From: an uncultured archaeon | GTDB lineage: Archaea > Micrarchaeota > Micrarchaeia > Micrarchaeales > CABMGC01 | Direction: 5' to 3' | Assembly: GCA_963704435.1 (NCBI GenBank) | Contig: OY969902.1 | Location: 60,001 to 92,000, forward strand | DNA length: 32,000 nt | Part shown: positions 8,244 to 15,172 of the stretch, in pieces | Layout of the letters: the number at the start of each line of letters is the position of its first letter | How positions within the stretch are numbered: the first letter of the stretch is position 1 | Made by a program: the position numbers and the translations under genes | The notes under the pieces: model-generated | Databases searched by the model: none | What the model was told of the DNA's origin: nothing | Seen by the model: only the letters and a program-made list of their open reading frames with translations

Positions 8244-8672
8244 CTAGCAGAACGCGGCAAGCACCCCGCTGCCGCCCATCGACGATCCCAGGTTCACAAT
8301 GAACGTCAGCAGCGGCTGGGCCGCAAGGACTATCACCAGCCCGGTCACGCCGCCGGTCATCATCGCAATCGCCCAGGATAGCATTGACTTCTTGAACTCG
8401 AGCTCCTTCGGCATGAAGTGGGAGGCGGCGTACAGGAGGCCGCCGAGGAGGAACAGCGCCATGACCACCATCCCGATCGCCGCCCTTATTGAGCTAACGA
8501 GCCCGCACAGGGCGGAGTCGATTGCAGAAGAGGCCCCAGGAGCCGACGCTTCCGCAGCCATTGATTCGGCAGGGACCGAGCGGACGCAGGCACAGGGAAG
8601 TAGCAGGATGCAGGCGGAAAGCGCTATGAGCAGAACCCGGGATTCACGCAGCACGGTAGTAACAATCGCCAT
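8244..8672 (-). CDS. minimal VirB2/TrbC-like pilin-hairpin protein (signal peptide, short linker, hairpin)
   Basis: 142 aa. Hydrophobic N-terminal signal (VLLIALSACILLLPCACV). C-terminal 88 aa: LCGLVSSIRAAIGMVVMALFLLGGLLYAASHFMPKELEFKKSMLSWAIAMMTGGVTGLVIVLAAQPLLTFIV...C-stop, homologous to three other ORFs in the window. Confidence 0.75.
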   Translation of the reverse strand: MAIVTTVLRESRVLLIALSACILLLPCACVRSVPAESMAAEASAPGASSAIDSALCGLVSSIRAAIGMVVMALFLLGGLLYAASHFMPKELEFKKSMLSWAIAMMTGGVTGLVIVLAAQPLLTFIVNLGSSMGGSGVLAAFC

Positions 8673-8709
8673 ATGCGTATAAAAGCGCTACGCTCGCAGG
8701 ACGGCGCAA

Positions 8710-9807
8710 TCAGCGCCACGTTCTCCTCCTTCTGTATATCCTCGAGTACGCGACCCCGGCGGCTACCGCGACCGCTATCGCGACACCAGTTCCAATGAGC
8801 GGAAGCATATCGCCGGCATTAGGCGCAGGGGTCGTCACGGCCGGAGTGGCGTTCACTGCAGGCGCAACCGTGGTGGTCGGCGCGGTTGTCGTTGCAGTGG
8901 AAGGCACCGTGGAGGTCGCAATCTGCGGTCCAATCGTTACCGTGAAGGTCGTCGATGCGGCGTTGCCGTATGCGTCAGCCGCCGTGCAGGTCACTGCCGT
9001 ATTCCCTATCGGGAACGTCGATCCCGATGCAGGCGTGCATGTTGGCGTGAGCGCCGTGCCGTACTGGTCCGTTGCAGTTGGGGTCGTGTATGTTTCAGTT
9101 GAGCCAGCTGAAGTCGCTGCTGCAGCTGGGTCGACGTAGTTCGAGGGGGTGCCGGTTATCGTCGGAGGCGTTGCTCCCGCGCTGACAGTTATCGCCACCT
9201 CGGATGACGTTCCTGTTGCGCCTGTGCTGTCGGTTACGGTCTCGGAGACCTGATATGTTCCTGGCATTGCAAATGTGATTTGGTTGCCTGCGATTGATGC
9301 CTCTCCTTTAGCCATCGCGTCTGCGCTGTTGGAGTCAATTACCGAATACGCGTATGTGTATGGAGGTGTACCTGAAGTTGTCGAATTAGCGAATGTAACG
9401 TTCTGGCCCGTCGCGATCGCCGTGGATCCTGATGCGGATAGCGTTATCGATGGTGGGATTGTCGATACCGTCACTAACACTGGTGACGAGGTTACCGTCG
9501 CGCCCGTGCTGTCGGTTGCAGTTTCAATTACTGCATAGGTGTTTGCAGCCAAGAACATGATGGTGTTGCCCGCGACTGATGCTTCCCCATTACCCAGTGC
9601 GTTTGCGTTGCCGGAGTCAATTACCGAATACGCATATGTGTACGGAGGCGTTCCGGAGGACGTAGAATTAATGAATGTGACGTTCTGGTCCACCTGGATC
9701 ATCGTGGATCCCGATGCAGATAGCGTCAGTGCTTGCGCATGCGCCATCCCGGACAGAAATAGCATGCAGACAGCAGCCACCATGACCAGACTAAATCGCT
9801 TCGACAT
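8710..9807 (-). CDS. surface adhesin-like protein: signal peptide, 2x PKD-like repeat, HYR domain, Thr/Pro stalk, C-terminal TM anchor with basic tail
   Basis: 365 aa. AHA-QA signal-peptide cleavage-like site. Two 94-aa tandem repeats (aa 27-120 and 121-214) share SASGST..QNVTF.NST.SGTPPYTYAYSVIDS...TDSTGAT. HYR-like block TPTATDQYGTALTPTCTPASGSTFPIGNTAVTCTAADAYGNAASTTFTVTI. C-terminus MLPLIGTGVAIAVAVAAGVAYSRIYRRRRTWR. Confidence 0.85.
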   Translation of the reverse strand: MSKRFSLVMVAAVCMLFLSGMAHAQALTLSASGSTMIQVDQNVTFINSTSSGTPPYTYAYSVIDSGNANALGNGEASVAGNTIMFLAANTYAVIETATDSTGATVTSSPVLVTVSTIPPSITLSASGSTAIATGQNVTFANSTTSGTPPYTYAYSVIDSNSADAMAKGEASIAGNQITFAMPGTYQVSETVTDSTGATGTSSEVAITVSAGATPPTITGTPSNYVDPAAAATSAGSTETYTTPTATDQYGTALTPTCTPASGSTFPIGNTAVTCTAADAYGNAASTTFTVTIGPQIATSTVPSTATTTAPTTTVAPAVNATPAVTTPAPNAGDMLPLIGTGVAIAVAVAAGVAYSRIYRRRRTWR

Positions 9808-9916
9808 GACACACGCCTATGGATATCCTTTAGGCATGCAAAATTTATAATACGGTTAGTGACTTTTCGCAATGCCCGCGCAGTCCCCTCTTACGAGCCC
9901 GCCATCCTATGGGCCA

Positions 9917-10390
9917 TTACTGCTTCTTGCGCTTCCTGTCCGCAGATATCCTGGAGTACGCGACCCCGGCGGCTACCGCGACCGCTATCGCGACACCAGT
10001 TCCCATGAGGGGCAGCATCGCGCTCGGATTGGGCTGCGCAGGAGCAGGCGCCATCGCGACCGGTGCCGTCTGGTTCACTTCGACAGGCGCAGGCAGGACC
10101 GTGGTGACAAGCGTGACCGTGGTCATTGGCGCAGGAAGCACCGAAGAGGGCACCTTCATTGAGGTGTTGTTGGCTGTCGTGTTAGTCGCGCTCTCAGTCA
10201 CGTTTGTCGCATTCACTGGAGCAGTTATCGCCGTGGTGCTGGTGACGTTCAGGCTCGCCGCAATCGGCGTGCTGTTAGTCGCGTTCAAAGGCGCAGCAAC
10301 GGTGGAATTGGTCATATTCTGCGCATACGCAGTCAGGCCCATCCCTACCAGAAACAGCAGGACCATCGAGGTCATAAATCTTGTTTTCAT
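9917..10390 (-). CDS. secreted sequon-dense (N-glycosylation) stalk protein with the same C-terminal anchor as 8710-9807
   Basis: ORF track 9917-10456; I prefer the ATG at 10390 (MKTRFMTSMVLLFLVGMGLTAYA, signal-like). About 10 N-x-S/T sequons within about 55 aa (NMT NST NAT NST NVT NAT NVT NTT NNT NTS). C-terminus MLPLMGTGVAIAVAVAAGVAYSRISADRKRKKQ. Confidence 0.75.
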   Translation of the reverse strand: MKTRFMTSMVLLFLVGMGLTAYAQNMTNSTVAAPLNATNSTPIAASLNVTSTTAITAPVNATNVTESATNTTANNTSMKVPSSVLPAPMTTVTLVTTVLPAPVEVNQTAPVAMAPAPAQPNPSAMLPLMGTGVAIAVAVAAGVAYSRISADRKRKKQ

Positions 10391-10546
10391 ATCTCCACCA
10401 ATCTTAAATGCCATCATGATTGCCGATATTCCGTAGCATTCTACTGAATACCACACTTACCTAGATAAGATGTTTACGTTTATAAAACTATCTGCGGTTC
10501 TTGCACGGCAGTTCCGAGGGATGAAGACGAAGGGAGGGGCAGGCAA

Positions 10547-11296
10547 TCAAGAAGGCCTGATGCATTTGACTTCGTTTGACGCCGTGAGGTTGTACTGCTG
10601 CCCGCCGCTAAGGTTGCTGCGGGTGCTCCCGCTGGGGTAGTAGACGTACACCTGGAACGCATAAGGCCCGATTATGGCCGTGTCCGGATAGCCCACTTCG
10701 CTGTCGTTTGCTGCAAAGGAAGTCGTCGCAGGCTGGCCCGGCTCCCGCGTGCAGGAGCTTCCGTAAGAATGCCAGGCCGCGCAGGCCATGCTGCCGAAGC
10801 CGCCGGCCCAGACCAGACCGCCGGACTGAGGAGGATTATATATCAGCTTATTAATGAAGGCCGTTCCGTTCACTGGCCCTGTGATGGTGCCGTTAGCCTT
10901 GAGCGCAACCAGATAAAGTAGTCCGTTGGGGGTCCACTTGACTCCGCAGGAGACCGAGGAGAAGTTCATCGTGAATGGCGAGTTGTCCACAGGGGCGCCC
11001 TGGGAGACCGTGGTCGAAGGGGCCGGTGGCGCCACTGTGGTTGTCGAAGTGTTGACGGGCTTGTTCGGGCAGTTGTAGATAGCCCCTTGCGCGGCACAGC
11101 CGTTCGCTTCTATCCCGCAGATGTATCCGTATGGGCAAACGGTCGCGGTCGGCTGGATCGTGGACGAATTGCTGCCTGGCGTCGAGTAGGGCGCGGACTT
11201 GGGAATGACCAAGACTATTATTGCCCCTATCACTACGATTGCCGCCAGTATGCCCAGGATCATCTTCGTATTCGGTTTCGACTCCTTGTTTGCCAT
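10547..11296 (-). CDS. N-terminally anchored extracellular Cys-containing protein (hypothetical)
   Basis: 249 aa. N-terminal TM helix (MILGILAAIVVIGAIIVLVI). Cys-rich segment CPYGYICGIEANGCAAQGAIYNC, a Thr-rich linker, then a beta-rich domain with further Cys. Lies 10 bp downstream of the preceding cluster gene. Confidence 0.7.
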   Translation of the reverse strand: MANKESKPNTKMILGILAAIVVIGAIIVLVIPKSAPYSTPGSNSSTIQPTATVCPYGYICGIEANGCAAQGAIYNCPNKPVNTSTTTVAPPAPSTTVSQGAPVDNSPFTMNFSSVSCGVKWTPNGLLYLVALKANGTITGPVNGTAFINKLIYNPPQSGGLVWAGGFGSMACAAWHSYGSSCTREPGQPATTSFAANDSEVGYPDTAIIGPYAFQVYVYYPSGSTRSNLSGGQQYNLTASNEVKCIRPS

Positions 11297-11305
11297 GCCT
11301 TCCCC

Positions 11306-12406
11306 CTACGGCTGCCTAGTGAGCGTGAAAGTCTGGGTATATCCGCAGCCGACCGAGCACGAGGCGTCCGGAGGGCCTGGCGGCGCGGGCCCCGGGCTCC
11401 CGGTCAGCTTAAGGATTCCGCCGGACACCCCTCCGACATAGGTGGAGCCGTCGTTGCCCGTGAGGCTCACACCATTTCCGCTTACCGTCCCGTTAATCGT
11501 GAAGTCGACGTTTGTCTGCATGAGCCCGTAAATCACCAGGTCGCAGGTGCGGCCCGCTGGCGCAGGCTTGGTTATGGTCGTAAAGTTGACGACAAGGGTG
11601 CCGCTTACGTACGATCCGTTCTGCATCATCACGTTCAGCGTTGCATGGCCGGAATACGCGCATTGGGCGTCGCCGGCCCCGAGATCCTGCATCGTCACGG
11701 GCCCGCTCCAGATTCCGCTGACGCTTCCGCCAGATCCGGATATCGTGGTGGTGCTGCCTCGCGTGGTCGTGCTAGTGCTCTGGGATACCGTAGTGGTGCT
11801 TCCTCCCTTGACCGTGGTTGGCACGGTTGTGGTGGGGCTTACTGTAGTCGTGCCCGGGGAGGTCATAGTGGTAGTGCTGTTAATTGTGGTCGTGGTCGTA
11901 TAGCCCGGCGGCGAGACTGTGGTGGTCCTGGGAGCGCCCCTCCTAAGGACGAAGACCTGTGTGTACCCGCAGTATTTCACGCAGTTCGCTCCCACTCCCG
12001 AGAACGTCCTGTTCACGTAGAGGGTCATTATGTCGGAGTTCACCCAGCCCGTATAATTGACATCGTAGGTGTCCACCAGGTACACGTTCGTGCCGCTGAC
12101 CTGGCCCTGGACCGAGATCTGAAACGGGCCGTTGCCGTAGGAGCAGTTGAGGCCCTCCGGAGATGGGCTCGTGATTTCGATGCTGCCGCTGAACTGCCCG
12201 TTCACGGCCGCACCCGTCTGCGACAGCGCCAATGTCACGGGTCCGCCGTATGAGCAGCTGGGGATTCCAGTGTCTTCCATCGTGAAATTGCCAGTCCAGG
12301 TGCCCGCAATGTTCAGCGGTGCCACGGCGCCGGATGAGACCACCACCGCGGCCCCGGCCCCGGCCACGACAAGTGCGAAGAATACGACATTCACCAGGCT
12401 TACCAT
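11306..12406 (-). CDS. secreted protein with two homologous beta-rich domains separated by a Thr-rich linker (hypothetical)
   Basis: 366 aa with a signal-like N-terminus. Domain 1 (GTWTGNFTMED...C.YGG...CGYTQVFVLRR) and domain 2 (GIWSGPVTMQD...CAYSG...CGYTQTFTLTRQP) share start and end motifs. The linker is about 70 aa of T/S/G/P. Confidence 0.75.
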   Translation of the reverse strand: MVSLVNVVFFALVVAGAGAAVVVSSGAVAPLNIAGTWTGNFTMEDTGIPSCSYGGPVTLALSQTGAAVNGQFSGSIEITSPSPEGLNCSYGNGPFQISVQGQVSGTNVYLVDTYDVNYTGWVNSDIMTLYVNRTFSGVGANCVKYCGYTQVFVLRRGAPRTTTVSPPGYTTTTTINSTTTMTSPGTTTVSPTTTVPTTVKGGSTTTVSQSTSTTTRGSTTTISGSGGSVSGIWSGPVTMQDLGAGDAQCAYSGHATLNVMMQNGSYVSGTLVVNFTTITKPAPAGRTCDLVIYGLMQTNVDFTINGTVSGNGVSLTGNDGSTYVGGVSGGILKLTGSPGPAPPGPPDASCSVGCGYTQTFTLTRQP

Positions 12407-12635
12407 AGTTGTCCCTTATTTGCCCACTACTTCAAAGGTCAAGTATAAATATGTTATTCCGACAAGGACAAGATGGAACTGTGGAAACAGTAAGCGGACC
12501 CAAGCCAGCGATATTAGTGTGCACCATTCCGGTACACTTTCTGGCTTGGACTTACCCACTTGATACTATATCCTATTGCAGCGCATAAAAAGGTATCTAA
12601 TTATCTGTCTAGACACGCCGGAGCTTTCCCCTGGC

Positions 12636-13424
12636 TCAGCACGATATCGTTATGGCGCCGCTGCCAGGCTGCGAGACTATACTTATTATTGTAGTCAGGA
12701 GCGGCTTCGCGGCCAGAACTATGACAAGCGCTATGACCGCGCCTATCAGCATCGTGGTCGACCACGTGGTGAGGCTCTTCTTGAAATCGAGGTTCGTGGG
12801 CAGGAAGTGGGATATCGAATAGAGGATTCCGCCCAGCAGGAAAAGGGTCAGCGCGAGTATGCCCACCACGTTCCTGATCTCGTCCACTATCCCGCAGAGC
12901 TGCAGGTTTATCGCCGACGCTGCCGGCTGCGCTATGGCGTTCTGGGAGGTCGCGTTGGCCGCGCCCGCAGTCGTGGTCGCGGAGGTTACCGATGTGGTGA
13001 TGGTCGTCGGAATGTAGACAGCGATCTCCGCCGCCGGGGAGAGCGCGGCAGATCCCTTGGAGTCGGCGATGTAGACGCAGTACCATGCGGTCTTGGGGGG
13101 CGTCACTACTATTGCGTCCCTGGTCGAGAAGACGCTGTCGTTCCTGAAGTTGTCGCTATCGGACTGGCATTTCTGGAACGGGCCCGAGTACCACATGACT
13201 TTGTACGGGGAAGTCCCGCCGTACCAGACTGCTATGACGTTGGCGCTCTGGCCGTAGGTTATGTTCAGCGCGTTCACCGTGACGCTGATCTGGACGATGG
13301 GGGACAGCAGCACCGGCGCGATGATGCCCGTGGGATTGCCTGTCGAGGCCGCGCCCGCAGATACAAACAGCAGCGCAAGCGCAAATGATATTGAAGTCGC
13401 CTGCAGGCCGCGCACCTTGAACAT
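12636..13424 (-). CDS. secreted PKD/Ig-like domain protein with C-terminal VirB2/TrbC-like hairpin module
   Basis: ORF track 12636-13454; I prefer the ATG at 13424 (MFKVRGLQATSISFALALLFVSAGAAS). Ig-like motif VWYGGTSPYKVMWYSG...C...WYCVYIADSKG. Last 87 aa: LCGIVDEIRNVVGILALTLFLLGGILYSISHFLPTNLDFKKSL...ISC-stop. Confidence 0.8.
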   Translation of the reverse strand: MFKVRGLQATSISFALALLFVSAGAASTGNPTGIIAPVLLSPIVQISVTVNALNITYGQSANVIAVWYGGTSPYKVMWYSGPFQKCQSDSDNFRNDSVFSTRDAIVVTPPKTAWYCVYIADSKGSAALSPAAEIAVYIPTTITTSVTSATTTAGAANATSQNAIAQPAASAINLQLCGIVDEIRNVVGILALTLFLLGGILYSISHFLPTNLDFKKSLTTWSTTMLIGAVIALVIVLAAKPLLTTIISIVSQPGSGAITISC

Positions 13425-13509
13425 AATGTAAACCTCCAGCTGGGCAATGTCCAATTAACTGAACGTAATGTTCCTTAACCCTTTCGGAGCGGAAGGCCGC
13501 TCCTGTCCT

Positions 13510-15033
13510 TCAGCAGGATATGCTCAGCGCGCTGGCCCCTGTCGCGGACGCGCCGAGGTTCGCTATCAGCGTGAGCAGCGGCTTGGCCGCTATCACCACG
13601 ACCAGGGCGACCACCGCGCCTATTATCATGGTGGTGGACCAGGTGTGGAGGCTCTTCTTGAAATCGAGGTTCGTTGGCAGGAAGTGCGACACCGCGTACA
13701 GCACCCCTCCGAGAAGGAATAGCGTGAGCGACAGTGCGCCAACTATGCCCATCACCGACCCGACGAGCCCGCAGAGCACCGAGGAGATCGCGAATACCGT
13801 GCTTTGCTGCTGCGAGGTCGAGTTGGAGCCCGGCGTTCCCCCGACCGTGCTCCTTCCCGTCAGGACCGTTATCTCTATCGCCTGAGACGCGACCGTGGCG
13901 GGGGTGTTGGACGAGTCTGTGACGGTGTAGCAGTACCAGGTGCTTCCCGAAGGGGACAGCGCTATCGAGCCCGAGGTCGCCGACAGGTTGGCGCGCACTG
14001 CCAGCGTAACCGCGTCCTGGGCGCACGATGCGGACTGGCCCACGTACCATCTCAGCGTGTATGTCGGGGTCCCCCCGCTCCAGCCCGCGGTCAGGCTCAC
14101 CGCCTGGCCGTTGCTTATGCTGGAAGCGGTAGTCACCACGTTAGCTGCCAGGATCCTCGGGTTCACCGTTACCCCCGGCGACTCGTTGCTGACGGCCTTC
14201 CCCCTTGCGTATGCCACTGTCACCCTGCCCAGCAGCACGTTCCCCGCCTCCGCGGCGTTGGTCGTGTACGCAAGCGAGTTGTAGGCCATCGAGTTCGCAT
14301 TTATCACGTTCGCGAGCGCGTTCCCCGTGGCTGCGCTGACTATCACGAAATCGTAGGAGACGGGGGTGTAGTTCCCGTTCGCCATCGCGTTGAAAACCAC
14401 GGCCTGCCCCGCGTCTATCACGGTGCTGCTCACGGATATCAGCGGCGTCGGATAGACCGGCGGGGGCGCCATTGACTGCGAGAGCAGGAGCGCGGCGGCC
14501 GCGACCACGATCAGTATTATCGCTATCGCGGCGATGCTCTTCCACGGGATGCTCCGCTCCTCGTCCTCTTCGTTTTCGTACGCGCCGCCCGCTTTCGCCT
14601 CCTGCGGCACGTTCCTGCCTTCCTCTTCATGAACCGCTTCCGCTTCGGGCCCGGCTTCCTTTGGCGCGTGGCGCTCCTCCTGTTTTTCACCGGAAGCTAT
14701 CTGGCTCTCCTGCGCGGCGCCTTTCTCTTCCTCGCGGGCGCGCTCTTCGCGATGCTCCACGTGCCCCTCCTCCTGCTTGCGCTCCTCGCGGTGCTCTTCA
14801 GGGGGGCGCTCATGATGAGCCTCCTCGTATTTTTCCTCTGGCTTGTGCTCTTCGTGCTGGGCCTCCTTGTGCTCCTCCTTCGGCTTGCGCTCCTCATGGG
14901 CATGCTTGTGTTCCTCCCCGTGCTCCTTCCCCTCCTCGCGATGCTCCTTGTCCTTGTGCTCGGGATGCTGCGGCTCCTTGCGCTTCTTTCCGGCGCCCCC
15001 TTCCTTATGACCTGCCTTGTTTTCCTTCGCCAT
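13510..15033 (-). CDS. membrane protein: His/Glu/Lys-rich N-terminal tail, TM helix, two Ig-like domains, C-terminal VirB2/TrbC-like hairpin module
   Basis: 507 aa. The first ~165 aa are low-complexity H/E/K/R (HKEGG..EHKDKEHREEGKEHGEEHKHAHEE...). TM helix IAAIAIILIVVAAAALLL. Ig-like motif GWSGGTPTYTLRWYVG..C..WYCYTVTDSS. Last 88 aa: LCGLVGSVMGIVGALSLTLFLLGGVLYAVSHFLPTNLDFKKSL...ISC-stop. Confidence 0.8.
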   Translation of the reverse strand: MAKENKAGHKEGGAGKKRKEPQHPEHKDKEHREEGKEHGEEHKHAHEERKPKEEHKEAQHEEHKPEEKYEEAHHERPPEEHREERKQEEGHVEHREERAREEEKGAAQESQIASGEKQEERHAPKEAGPEAEAVHEEEGRNVPQEAKAGGAYENEEDEERSIPWKSIAAIAIILIVVAAAALLLSQSMAPPPVYPTPLISVSSTVIDAGQAVVFNAMANGNYTPVSYDFVIVSAATGNALANVINANSMAYNSLAYTTNAAEAGNVLLGRVTVAYARGKAVSNESPGVTVNPRILAANVVTTASSISNGQAVSLTAGWSGGTPTYTLRWYVGQSASCAQDAVTLAVRANLSATSGSIALSPSGSTWYCYTVTDSSNTPATVASQAIEITVLTGRSTVGGTPGSNSTSQQQSTVFAISSVLCGLVGSVMGIVGALSLTLFLLGGVLYAVSHFLPTNLDFKKSLHTWSTTMIIGAVVALVVVIAAKPLLTLIANLGASATGASALSISC

Positions 15034-15172
15034 TCCGCATCATTACTAATAAGAGAAACGCTGGATTTATATGATGCACGCTCGGAATTGCCGGTGTATC
15101 ATTAATTATCATATAGATAACTAACTGCACACTCCTATTTTGAGTGGTGTGGGGCACAACTGGAAGCCGGAG

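Noticed and set aside
11740-11900. Highly repetitive gtggt/gtcgt-rich DNA (and the ctcctc-rich DNA at 14560-15030) that superficially looks like a tandem repeat or CRISPR-like array
   Set aside because: There is no constant repeat-spacer periodicity. It is the antisense of Thr-rich linker codons, and of Glu/His/Lys codons in the second case, inside well-supported ORFs.
11087-12253. 388-aa plus-strand ORF, and similar long ORFs (12576-13388, 13804-14475, 14472-15105, 8299-8682, 9909-10436), opposite the surface-protein cluster
   Set aside because: All are mirror images of minus-strand genes that have signal peptides, domain repeats and cross-paralogue conservation. The apparent similarity between some of these antisense ORFs only reflects the conserved hairpin module on the other strand.
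15143-15151. agtggtgtg, a 9-nt match to the terminal part of the rnpB 3' repeat, just downstream of the ATPase gene. It would suggest the ATPase is a second tandem cassette.
   Set aside because: Only 9 nt match and the flanks show no further similarity to the 72-mer. A match of this length could be chance in 32 kb on two strands. It would need comparative data.
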